A stretch of 64,000 bases of DNA. Source: Candidatus Poribacteria bacterium. GTDB taxonomy: Bacteria; Poribacteria; WGA-4E; PCPOR2b. The position numbers were made by a program, and so were the translations under genes. Under the pieces are notes generated by a model. It was not told the origin of the DNA, ran no database searches, and saw nothing but the letters and a program-made list of their open reading frames with translations. The stretch is from contig OZ244042.1 of the NCBI GenBank assembly GCA_965215015.1, positions 5,696,001-5,760,000 of the forward strand, read 5' to 3'. This document shows, piece by piece, positions 38,413 to 47,682 of this stretch (position 1 is its first letter; every line of letters starts with the position of its first letter).

Positions 38413-39660
38413 ATGCAAATCACCGATATCGAAATACATACTATCTGCCCCCCGTTTCAGGCATGGAACAGTGAAGCATTGACACGCTATCAGGGGCCTG
38501 ACTTCCGCTATCGCACAGTCTTTGTCGTTCATACTGATAACGGATTGGAAGGCTTAGGTGAGCACATCGGCAAATCGTGGGATGGGATAGACGAATGGAT
38601 TGAGCAGCTGCGCGGTACGAATCCGTGCGATTGGCTAGCGCACCCGTCTCTCCCTATTGCCCTTGCGCCAGCTATCTACGATTTGGTCGGCAAGTACAAT
38701 GATGTCCCCGCCTATAAGCTGTTCGGGCCACAAGTCCGTTCACGCGTCCCGATGGCGGCATGGACAGTCTCGCAGACACCTGAGAAGATGGCGGCGGAGG
38801 TGGAGCACGCAGCCGCTGCGGGTTACACATGGCTCAAGTTCCACACCTTCCACTGCCACAACGTTGTAGCGCAGACGGAGGCGATGCAGGTTAGACTTGA
38901 GGAGAGGGCGTCACCGGGATTCAAGATTCATTACGATATCAATTTCGACAATACGGTGGAGCATGTCTTGGACTTGGCGCGGGAGTTGATACAGTTCCCC
39001 ATCGCGGGCGCGATTGAAGACCCGTTGCGTACACACGATTTTGAAGGGTATCGTGTACTGCGAGGGAAGTGTCCGCTGCCGATCTACTTTCACCATCTGC
39101 CATTGGGCGGACGGGAGGCGTTGATGGGACTCGCGGATGGCTACATGCTAGGTCATGCACCTGTCGGGCAGGTCGTTCAGCGGGCGGGGTTGTTTGAGGC
39201 AGCGAATATACCGTTCATGATGCAGAACACGGGGGGTAATATCACACGAGCGTTTATCGCGCACATGGCATCGGTTTTCCCTATGGCGACGCTGCACCAC
39301 GTCACCTGTACCCACCTTTGGGCAGAAGATGTCGTGAGGCCGGCGTTGGAGGTCGCTGGCGGGATGGCGTGTGTGCCGGAGGGGCCAGGGTTAGGCGTGA
39401 CGCTTGACCGTGATGCGCTTGCCCACTGGTCTACGGTTGAACCTGAGCCGTTGCCACGCGCTTTGATACAGATTCAATATGCAGGGCTCGCGCCGATTTA
39501 CGCGCGACTGCCAATCCGTTCTTTGAGCGACGGTCAGGGCACGGGACCAAGTTTTGTCGATGGATATGGCCCCGGTTATAATCAGCCGGTTGATATGTGG
39601 TTCTGGGATGACGATGGCTCCTCGGCATTCGCTGAGGCGTGGGAGCATACCGCAGGATGA
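38413..39660 (+). CDS. Mandelate racemase/muconate lactonising enzyme (enolase superfamily) protein
   Basis: VHTDNGLEGLGE, AIYDLVGK..DVPAYKLFG, K.H, D.N, IEDP, VPEGPGLGV. Confidence 0.85.
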   Translation: MQITDIEIHTICPPFQAWNSEALTRYQGPDFRYRTVFVVHTDNGLEGLGEHIGKSWDGIDEWIEQLRGTNPCDWLAHPSLPIALAPAIYDLVGKYNDVPAYKLFGPQVRSRVPMAAWTVSQTPEKMAAEVEHAAAAGYTWLKFHTFHCHNVVAQTEAMQVRLEERASPGFKIHYDINFDNTVEHVLDLARELIQFPIAGAIEDPLRTHDFEGYRVLRGKCPLPIYFHHLPLGGREALMGLADGYMLGHAPVGQVVQRAGLFEAANIPFMMQNTGGNITRAFIAHMASVFPMATLHHVTCTHLWAEDVVRPALEVAGGMACVPEGPGLGVTLDRDALAHWSTVEPEPLPRALIQIQYAGLAPIYARLPIRSLSDGQGTGPSFVDGYGPGYNQPVDMWFWDDDGSSAFAEAWEHTAG

Positions 39661-39958
39661 TCGACATTGAAGTTAGCTCACCCATTCTAAAAAGCCAGTT
39701 TGAATCCCAATCTTATCGGGCGGGCGACATGTGTGTCGCATAGAGTTGACCCACGATAAATCGAGAAAACTGCTCTTAACTCAGCAAACTTGATGGGCTA
39801 TCTTAGATAAAGCGTTTGCCGCAAAACTTGGTTTTGGACAGTAGATTCAGGTGATTCGAGATGGTTGTGGTATCTAAATTGTGTGTAGTCAATCAGCCAA
39901 ATAAATTTCGTTTGACAACGATTCGCGTCAAATCCGATCTAACTCCCTTGAAGTGTGC

Positions 39959-40654
39959 TTACCGGGGGAACAAGGTCGTCAACTCTTGAATACTTGATAG
40001 AACGTAATCCGGTGCCGATGCCACCAATTGTGCTTCTGTCTGAGATCCCGTCAACACAGCGACCGTCCATGCCCCGGCGTTCTTACCTTCCTGAACATCC
40101 ACCACGGTATCCCCAATTTTGACAACCGCTCGTCCATCTGTAATACTGAGTTCTTGCATTGCGTCATGAATCATCTTTGGATTGGGACGCCCTACGCCGA
40201 CCTGCTCCGCGCTTCCTACATAGTCAAGCAGACCGTTATCCAGCCACCCCAGTCGGGAGACGATTGCCTGAACAACCTGCATCGGAAAGCCGCTTCCTAC
40301 TCCAATATGGATATCCTTGGATTTGAGGTATCTGAAGAGTTCAGTTGCACCATCAATTTCCGAGATACTCGAAAGGTTGCTTTCCAGTGCATGGAGAAAA
40401 TCACGATACACGCTATCTCCAACACGCTTGGCATCGGTGAAAGATAATTCTGCAACCTCCTTCAGAAGAATCTGGATAGCTTCAGACTTCTGCCTTCCCC
40501 GATGCTTGTTAATTAGGGCTGGGGCCAGTTCAATCCCGTGTTTCGCAAAAGCACGCATCATGCTTATGACCATCAGCGGGTGTCCGTCGACTTCATCGTT
40601 GACAGTGGTCCCAGCGAGGTCAAACATTGCGAGCTGAATTGGTTGGGAAAACAT
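39959..40654 (-). CDS. HAD family hydrolase, phosphonatase-like
   Basis: FDLAGTTV, GRPNP.MI, VVKIGDTVVD..EG.NAG motifs. Confidence 0.85.
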   Translation of the reverse strand: MFSQPIQLAMFDLAGTTVNDEVDGHPLMVISMMRAFAKHGIELAPALINKHRGRQKSEAIQILLKEVAELSFTDAKRVGDSVYRDFLHALESNLSSISEIDGATELFRYLKSKDIHIGVGSGFPMQVVQAIVSRLGWLDNGLLDYVGSAEQVGVGRPNPKMIHDAMQELSITDGRAVVKIGDTVVDVQEGKNAGAWTVAVLTGSQTEAQLVASAPDYVLSSIQELTTLFPR

Positions 40655-40719
40655 AGATTTATCCCCAAATATTGAGCGTTTGATCGGCACCAACCTCTAT
40701 TTTTTATTTAGGAGCGGTA

Positions 40720-42084
40720 TTAGATGATCTCGAAGTATCGTTTGAGTTCCCAATCCGTTATGGCGCGACCGAATTCCATAATTTCATGCTCGCGTGAGAT
40801 TGCGAAGTGATCCACAAATGCATCGCCGAGGCAGGCGCGACTGATTTCGCCCCCTTCCAATCTCTCTGTTGCTTCCGCTAGCGATCTTGGCAAAGGTTCA
40901 AATCGCCCTTGGGGGGCTTCGTAGGCATTTCCGTTGAACGGTTCGCCGGGGTCAAGTTGATGCTCAATGCCGTATAATCCAGCGGCGAGGCTTGCCGCCA
41001 TAGCGATGTGCGGATTGGCGTCAGCACCGGCTAGCCGATATTCCGTCCGCGTGGATTTAGGGGAGGTCCCGGGAATTGCGCGAAGGGCAGTTGTGCGATT
41101 TTCGATTCCCCAAGAGGCGTTGGTAGGTGCCCAGGCACCGGGGACTGTCCGCTTGTAAGAGTTGATTGTCGGACAGATGAGTGCCATCATTTCAGGCATT
41201 GCAGCGAGCTGTCCCGCGATATAGTGTTTCATTGTTTGCGACATGCCTGACGCATCTGATTCATCGGCAAACAGATTTATGTCGCCTTCTAAATTCCATA
41301 AGCTCTGGTGCAGGTGGCCGCTGCAACCGGGGTAATCTGGACTCCACTTCGCCATAAAGGTTGCGACAAGTCCATGTCTGACTAAAATCTCTTTCACGCC
41401 AGTTTTGAACAGTGCGGCTTTGTCTGCAGCATTGCAGGCTGTGTCGTACCGAATCGCGGTTTCATACACGCCGGGTCCCGTCTCCGTGTGTATCCCTTCC
41501 AGTTCAACGCCATACTCCCCCATCCCATCTATAATTGCGTGAACGAACTCCGCAGCCGCAGATGCCCGTAATACGCTATAGCCGAACCAGCCGGGCGAGA
41601 GCGACGTCATGTTCTCAAATCCTTTGTCCTCTAGGGAGTGGGGGGTCTCCCGGAAGATAAAGTACTCGTACTCCGCTGACATGAAGGGCTGGAATCCCAT
41701 ACCATTCGCTTTACGGACGACCGTTTGGAGCAGTTGGCGCGGGGAAACTGCAAGTGGCTGATCTTCGCCCTCGTAAAAGTCAAGCAAAAACAACGCCGTA
41801 TTTGATTCCCAAGGCACCACGCGATATGTACTCAGGTCAATCTTCGCGAGGAGATCCGGATACCCAGTATGCCAACCGGTGACAGTCGGCTGCTCGTAGA
41901 GCTGATCGATCATGTCCCAGCCAAATGTCACATCACAGAAACCTAAGCCCTTTTCAATGGCAGAAAAAAATTTTTCGAGCGAAATATATTTGCCGCGCAT
42001 AACGCCATCAATATCGAATCCAGCGAGTTTAATCTTCTGAATTTTGTCGCTTTCAAGATGTACTTTAATCTGATTTATTTCCAT
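40720..42084 (-). CDS. Glutamine synthetase family protein (gamma-glutamyl ligase-like)
   Basis: DIDGVMRGK, E.EYF, HTETGPG.YE, ATFMAK, SGHLHQSL, NSYKR, WG.ENRT, EYR..GADANP, ITDWE..RY. Confidence 0.9.
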   Translation of the reverse strand: MEINQIKVHLESDKIQKIKLAGFDIDGVMRGKYISLEKFFSAIEKGLGFCDVTFGWDMIDQLYEQPTVTGWHTGYPDLLAKIDLSTYRVVPWESNTALFLLDFYEGEDQPLAVSPRQLLQTVVRKANGMGFQPFMSAEYEYFIFRETPHSLEDKGFENMTSLSPGWFGYSVLRASAAAEFVHAIIDGMGEYGVELEGIHTETGPGVYETAIRYDTACNAADKAALFKTGVKEILVRHGLVATFMAKWSPDYPGCSGHLHQSLWNLEGDINLFADESDASGMSQTMKHYIAGQLAAMPEMMALICPTINSYKRTVPGAWAPTNASWGIENRTTALRAIPGTSPKSTRTEYRLAGADANPHIAMAASLAAGLYGIEHQLDPGEPFNGNAYEAPQGRFEPLPRSLAEATERLEGGEISRACLGDAFVDHFAISREHEIMEFGRAITDWELKRYFEII

Positions 42085-42137
42085 AAAGCCCCTCTTTCGC
42101 ACTAAAATGAGGTGTCCAACTTTTGCCGGAACCTAAA

Positions 42138-42363
42138 TAGGACTTACGCGTCAAACACTCAAAGGAAATACCAGAAAAAGTCGCGCAATGTTCATGGTTG
42201 GTTGAGCCATGGCTATATTACTATAGTCATGGTATACTCGGCAATTCATCGTGGCAGAACACCATTTCCAACGCCCAATGAATTGGGCAACTACAGTAAG
42301 GGTGTCATCAAGAAACCCGTAGGGAACACCAATCGTTGGCCCCACTAAAGTGCCTAACTCCTA
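42138..42363. mobile_element. MITE-like element, family 1 (degenerate)
   Basis: Ends TAGGACTTACGC and TGCCTAACTCCTA (reverse complement TAGGAGTTAGGCA). Confidence 0.55.
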
Positions 42364-42401
42364 TTAAATTTGCCGCGTTAGCTGGCGGTGCCCGATACCG
42401 G

Positions 42402-43361
42402 CTAATGATCCGGCAAAGCTCCCTCAATTTGGTCAACAAGGTGAATCGAATGAATTACATCACGGAGATCGCTGATCGGGACTTTCTTGTTACGGACGCA
42501 GTCTACAAAGTGCTCATGCATTGTCAGGACGCCTTCATACCGAGGTGTATCCCGTTCGTCAACGCCATCAACTTCCCACCCCCCCATCGTGCGGCTCTGG
42601 TTGTCCTCGTAAATCTCAATCTCCGCTGGGATCTTCATGTAACACCCAATCCCCACACCGTGAAGCTCTGAGCGAAGCACGCGGCCCCCTGAGGCCCGAT
42701 TCCCAAGTAGCACGCCTGTTACATCGTTATCAAAGCGAACGAGGGCGGTGTAACAGTTTCGACTTTCGCTGCCGAATTTGTCCTGATACCCTGTCACCTC
42801 GACAGGCTCACCACCAGCCATATACCGCAAAAGATCGACAACGTGACACACATCGTTCCAGAGTGTTGTCGTAAACTCCTCGCCATCGCCACCGAGAATC
42901 TGCTTGTTGAAGGTGGTTATTGCTGTAGAGACACGTCCCTTCTCCACCACGCGGCGCATCGCCTCACGGGTCACCGCAGCATAACGGCGTTGAAAACCGA
43001 CCATTGCATAGACCTCATTCGCGATTGCTGTGTCGAGCAACTGTTGTGTCTCATCGCTGTTAGCACCGGGCGGCTTTTCGATGAAGATATGTTTCCCTGC
43101 GTTGAGGCAATCGAGGGCGGGTTGTAATATCCACTCCTCACGCATCACGCAGTAGATAATATCCAAGTCAACACTATCGAGCATTTCGCGGTGATTTGTG
43201 AACGTATGCGAAAATTCATATTTCTTGGCGACCTGACTAAGCCGTTCTTCGTCAAGTTCGCATACCGCGACCATCTCGACCTCATCTTCGAGACGGTTCA
43301 CATTCGGGTAGTGCGCGCCTTGACTTCGGCCGCCCGCACCGATAAATCCTGCTTTTAACAT
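42402..43361 (-). CDS. Gfo/Idh/MocA family oxidoreductase
   Basis: Start MLKAGFIGAGG at 43361; GKHIFIEKP, VGFQRRY, ND.CH..DL. Confidence 0.9.
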   Translation of the reverse strand: MLKAGFIGAGGRSQGAHYPNVNRLEDEVEMVAVCELDEERLSQVAKKYEFSHTFTNHREMLDSVDLDIIYCVMREEWILQPALDCLNAGKHIFIEKPPGANSDETQQLLDTAIANEVYAMVGFQRRYAAVTREAMRRVVEKGRVSTAITTFNKQILGGDGEEFTTTLWNDVCHVVDLLRYMAGGEPVEVTGYQDKFGSESRNCYTALVRFDNDVTGVLLGNRASGGRVLRSELHGVGIGCYMKIPAEIEIYEDNQSRTMGGWEVDGVDERDTPRYEGVLTMHEHFVDCVRNKKVPISDLRDVIHSIHLVDQIEGALPDH

Positions 43362-43570
43362 GGCGATTCCTTTCTGAGGTCTTGATCTAAGGAGTTGGAT
43401 AGGGTTATTATTAACCAATAGTGCTAGTTTGCACCTGTTGATGTGCTCTCTGGTCAAAGGCCGAAAGTGAAATATGAAAACAATTTGTTCATTGTTTCAT
43501 GGTCGCTATATTCGGGAGTCGGTGAAGCACCGCGGGTGCGGCGTATTTTTTTATCGTATCACGTTTTCTA

Positions 43571-43599
43571 TTGGCAAGGCAACTAAATTCGTGTATAAT
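43571..43599 (+). promoter_or_regulatory. Sigma70-type promoter
   Basis: TTGGCA-17 nt-TATAAT upstream of 43664. Confidence 0.55.
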
Positions 43600-43663
43600 T
43601 CGACAGAGCGATAATTGGAACTTTTGCCAATGAAATTACAACGCAGGAACGAGGAAAAGCTCG

Positions 43664-44035
43664 ATGACTAAAACGCAGAAAGAAACCATGGAGGCACTAG
43701 TGACGGAATTCCAGCAGGGGACACTGACGGAAGCTAGTCTGCGGGTGGGAATTGCGGAAATCGTGGGGGCAGAAAACCCGAAACGACAGGATGTCCTCTA
43801 TCTGCAAGCTGTAACCACCTCCCCCGGAGCGGCGGTAGTGGGTATGCTGCTAGTTGAGGATGGAGAACTTCGTGAAGGGCCCCCTAATCCGGACGATTGG
43901 CCCTATCAGACCGTCCTAGACGCTGTCCGGGATGGTTGGCGCATCATCTCTTTCCCGAATATGGCACTGCTTACTGTGGATGAAAAAGAGTTCTACGGCT
44001 TGGGTGCCGAATTCATTCTTGAACGCTGGAGGTAA
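43664..44035 (+). CDS. Hypothetical protein, first gene of the PhyH operon
   Basis: GAGG SD; tightly spaced with the next gene; WPYQTVLDAVRDGWRII.FP motif of unknown family. Confidence 0.7.
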   Translation: MTKTQKETMEALVTEFQQGTLTEASLRVGIAEIVGAENPKRQDVLYLQAVTTSPGAAVVGMLLVEDGELREGPPNPDDWPYQTVLDAVRDGWRIISFPNMALLTVDEKEFYGLGAEFILERWR

Positions 44036-44038
44036 ACC

Positions 44039-44902
44039 ATGCGAATATCGGAACGGAAAACCTACGACTGCGAACCGACCATGACAGATACCCAGGTGCT
44101 GAAGTTCTGCAAGGATGGCTATCTGATACTTGAAGGTGTCGTCCCCGATGCCGTCAATCGTAGGGCGATAGAATACTGTGACCAATACCCTAATATGGAA
44201 CCAAGCGGTATCCTGATGGAAGACTGGTTCGTTGAGAATGTGATAGTTCATCCGGAGGCTGCTGGTGCTGTGCGTTCTCTTCTGGGGGCTAACTTTCACC
44301 TGCCGATACTGATGAGCAATCATCGTGTGCAGTGTCCCATTCAAGCTGTGGGTGGGTGGCATGTGGACGGTAACTATCACTACACACACGAACTCAATTT
44401 TCTACAAGTTTTTTACTACCCCCAGGATACGCCCATTGAGATGGGACCGACGCAGATTGTGCCCGGCACCCATCTTGTGCGAAACAAGGCGAGGTTCATG
44501 GGACATTTGGCTAGCATCAAGGGGGCTATTCCCACCACCGCACCCGCTGGTTCTATCTTTCTCACTGTATACCACATCTGGCATCGCCGCGGACCGTCAA
44601 CCGCTTCGGGCATCCGCAACCTGCTCAAGTACTTCTACTGGCGTACAACCCCACCACGACGGGACTGGGTAATCGAGCCGGATTTCGATTTTGCTACTGC
44701 TGAATACGCTGGTCCCGGCGGGGCATATGTGGAGCAGTTCCGCGACGCAATCAAGGTGTCGGAGATGTTCTTATGGCTCTGTGGGCGCCACAAGTCGTTC
44801 CAGAATCTGGGTGGGCAAAGCTGGCCCCTGCCCGCGGATCGCAATGACCTTCCCTACGGCTTCCCCGCAGGATTACCTCAACCCCCATCTATTGAGTTAT
44901 AA
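44039..44902 (+). CDS. Phytanoyl-CoA dioxygenase (PhyH) family Fe(II)/2OG oxygenase
   Basis: F.KDGYL.LEGV, WHVD (HxD), GPT.IVPGTH, IWHR, R motif. Confidence 0.88.
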   Translation: MRISERKTYDCEPTMTDTQVLKFCKDGYLILEGVVPDAVNRRAIEYCDQYPNMEPSGILMEDWFVENVIVHPEAAGAVRSLLGANFHLPILMSNHRVQCPIQAVGGWHVDGNYHYTHELNFLQVFYYPQDTPIEMGPTQIVPGTHLVRNKARFMGHLASIKGAIPTTAPAGSIFLTVYHIWHRRGPSTASGIRNLLKYFYWRTTPPRRDWVIEPDFDFATAEYAGPGGAYVEQFRDAIKVSEMFLWLCGRHKSFQNLGGQSWPLPADRNDLPYGFPAGLPQPPSIEL

Positions 44903-44925
44903 GAGATCCCAATCTAACGAGGTGA

Positions 44926-45957
44926 ATGATGAGCAACGAAAAATTACGGGCGGGCGTTATCGGTTGCGGCCTGGGAGCGTATCATGGATACGCCTACGCC
45001 AATGCCTCCGAATTTGAACTTATCTCAGTCTGTGATCTGAAACCTGATGTCCTTGACAACTTCTTTGAGCGCTCAAAGATTACCCGCGGTTCTGTCCGCG
45101 AGTACACCGACTATCGCGCCATGCTCGAAAAGGAGAATCTGGATGTCGTCAGTGTGGCGACGCCGGACGATTATCACACCAATCCGGTCTGTGACGCATC
45201 GGACGCCGGGGTCAAGGGGATTCTCTGTGAGAAACCGCTGACAATCAACCTTGAAGATGCCGATCGGATTATTGAAACAGTTGAACGAAACGAAACCAAG
45301 ATGTCGGTGGATCATACACGGAGCTGGCTGCCGCTATACCAAGGGGTACGAACCGCGGTCCGGGAGGGTGAAATCGGTGGACTGACCCGCATTATCGCAC
45401 ACATGGGAGGGCGTCGATCAATGCTTTTCCGTAATGGCACGCATCTCATCGATGCAGTCTGCTACTTCGCTGATGCGGACCCGGTCTGGCTCATCGCCGC
45501 ACACGAGCAAGGCTTTGAAGATTACGGACTTGAGTATAAGGGGGAAGGTGGGAGAAATCCTGACCTCGATCCAGCATCGTCAATTATCATTGAATTTGCC
45601 AACGGGGTGCGCGGCATTGTGAACAGTGCCAAGATGACGCCCGCCGGTTGCGAATTCGATCTTCAAGGACCAAATGGGCGCTACGTTTTGAACGACAACC
45701 ATTGCAAAGCGTGGAAGACAGATCAGCCTGAGGGAACAGCGACGGAAGCACAGGCACCTCAAGGTGAAACCTACGGGAATTTCTTCGGCGATGCTTTGAT
45801 TCATCCTGTCCGGGAACTTGCCCAGATGGTTTGGAACGATGTGTCGAGTAGTTCACCACCACGCCGCGCCCGACATACACTGGAAATTATGTTAGGGGCA
45901 TTGCAATCACAATCACGTGACAGCGCGAAAATTCACTTGCCTCTGCCGCGGGCTTAA
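44926..45957 (+). CDS. Gfo/Idh/MocA family oxidoreductase
   Basis: GVIGCG, LDVVSVATPD..H, CEKP, NGTHLID. Confidence 0.9.
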   Translation: MMSNEKLRAGVIGCGLGAYHGYAYANASEFELISVCDLKPDVLDNFFERSKITRGSVREYTDYRAMLEKENLDVVSVATPDDYHTNPVCDASDAGVKGILCEKPLTINLEDADRIIETVERNETKMSVDHTRSWLPLYQGVRTAVREGEIGGLTRIIAHMGGRRSMLFRNGTHLIDAVCYFADADPVWLIAAHEQGFEDYGLEYKGEGGRNPDLDPASSIIIEFANGVRGIVNSAKMTPAGCEFDLQGPNGRYVLNDNHCKAWKTDQPEGTATEAQAPQGETYGNFFGDALIHPVRELAQMVWNDVSSSSPPRRARHTLEIMLGALQSQSRDSAKIHLPLPRA

Positions 45958-46025
45958 GAATACTGGTAACCGTTCAAGGGGTATTGTCTAATCATATACA
46001 CTAACCTGTAGGAGGTAGTTCTTAC

Positions 46026-47099
46026 ATGTTTAGGAAAAAGGGGCGTCATCACGGGGGGCATCACCATCACTACCATCATGGACATGGTCACGGCCACCAC
46101 GACCATAGTGGCCACAGCCCTGACCATGACGAACACGGTCATACACACGGCGTCATTGACCCGTCCATTATAACTACAGAGCGCGGCATCTGGGCAATAA
46201 AGTGGTCCTTCTTAGGATTGATGGTAACCGCGCTGTTACAGGTTGGCGTGGTTGTGATTTCCGGGAGTGTTGGACTGCTGGCTGACACGATCCACAACTT
46301 TGGCGATGCAGCAACTGCAATCCCGTTGTGGATTGCTTTTTCCTTTGCCCGATTAAAACCGAGCAAACGGTTCACCTACGGCTATGGGCGTGTCGAGGAC
46401 TTGGCGGGTATCGCTATTGTACTTACGATACTGTTCAGTGCGGTCGTTGCAGGATGGGAATCAATTAATCGCTTCTTTAACCCTAAAACCGTTGAACACC
46501 TTTGGGTTGTTGCTGCCGCATCGGTGACCGGTTTCATAGGCAATGAAGGGGTTGCAATATTGCGGATTAAAGTTGGGAAAGAGATTGGGAGTGCTGCACT
46601 TATTGCGGATGGCTACCATGCGCGCGTTGATGGTTGGACCAGCCTCGCCGTGTTGGCGGGGGCGATTGGGATATGGTTCGGCTATCCGCTTGCAGACCCC
46701 ATCGTCGGGGTGCTTATTACCATTGCGATTTTTGGGATTGTGTTGCAATCGGGAAAAGCGGTATTTACCCGTCTATTGGACGGTGTGGAGACTGACGTAA
46801 TTGATGAGATAAATCATGCTGCTCACCATGTTGAGGGAGTTGAGGAGGTAACAGATATTCGCAGCCGCTGGATTGGGCACCGCCTACATGCGGAAGTGAA
46901 TATCGCCGTAACGCCACACCTCTCGGTTGCTGAAGGACATGCAATAGCAAAAGAGGTTCAACATCAGCTTTTCCATCACCTGAGCTATCTGTCGAGGGCG
47001 GTTATTCATATCGACCCGGTCGAAGAATCTGGCGAACATCACCACAGTATTATGGAACATCATCATGACGGTTTACCAACTCACTCACATGTTGTGTAG
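46026..47099 (+). CDS. Cation diffusion facilitator transporter with His-rich termini
   Basis: ADTIHNFGD, YGYGRVEDLAG, LIADGYHAR.D, ADPIVG, IHIDP; N-terminal His/Gly tract. Confidence 0.92.
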   Translation: MFRKKGRHHGGHHHHYHHGHGHGHHDHSGHSPDHDEHGHTHGVIDPSIITTERGIWAIKWSFLGLMVTALLQVGVVVISGSVGLLADTIHNFGDAATAIPLWIAFSFARLKPSKRFTYGYGRVEDLAGIAIVLTILFSAVVAGWESINRFFNPKTVEHLWVVAAASVTGFIGNEGVAILRIKVGKEIGSAALIADGYHARVDGWTSLAVLAGAIGIWFGYPLADPIVGVLITIAIFGIVLQSGKAVFTRLLDGVETDVIDEINHAAHHVEGVEEVTDIRSRWIGHRLHAEVNIAVTPHLSVAEGHAIAKEVQHQLFHHLSYLSRAVIHIDPVEESGEHHHSIMEHHHDGLPTHSHVV

Positions 47100-47211
47100 T
47101 GTACAGATTGGGAGTCAACCGTTATCGGCCATGAGCTTTTTCAGCAGTCCGGCTACACGCAAGTTCGGCTGTCAGAAAGGGAAGTGTTGGGGCAATACAA
47201 AGGGATATGTT

Positions 47212-47277
47212 ATGAAACGGACAATAGTTTTGTTGAGCGTGGGTTTGATGATACTTTTATCGGGATGTGGAGAATAG
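47212..47277 (+). pseudogene. Lipoprotein signal peptide remnant truncated at a MITE end
   Basis: MKRTIVLLSVGLMILLSGCGE*; the TAG stop is the first three bases of the TIR TAGGAGTTACGCA. Confidence 0.55.
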
Positions 47278-47646
47278 GAGTTACGCACTTGAGTTTGTAG
47301 TCAGGCGATTCAATCCGCGTCGTAATAGATGGTAAATTGCCCGACATTAGTAGGCATACGGAATATGCCTACTAATGTGCCAATGACGGCACGGCGGAGC
47401 GTGCTTACTACTTTGGGATAAACTGTCGCTGCCCGATTCATCGGGTGTTGCGAGGCATGTCCCTCGGTGATCAATCGCCGAGGATACCCTGACTCTAGCG
47501 TAATAGAATACCAGACACTGTCGTGCCACACTATTGGCTCCATCCGCCCGGCACATTGCGCGAGAGTCCGGGGATTTTCAACCAACGATGAACATTGCAC
47601 GACCTTTTCTGGTGTTGGTTTCAAAGGGTCAACTAGGTAAATCCTA
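47275..47646. mobile_element. MITE-like element, family 1
   Basis: Left TAGGAGTTACGCAC, right AACTAGGTAAATCCTA. Interior shares ctactttgggat and aatcgccgaggataccc..aatagaataccaga with 19190-19456, and ccttttctggtgttgg with 61341. Confidence 0.65.
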
Positions 47647-47682
47647 ACTGTTTAAAAACACACTTCAAGGAGAGAATAGTAA

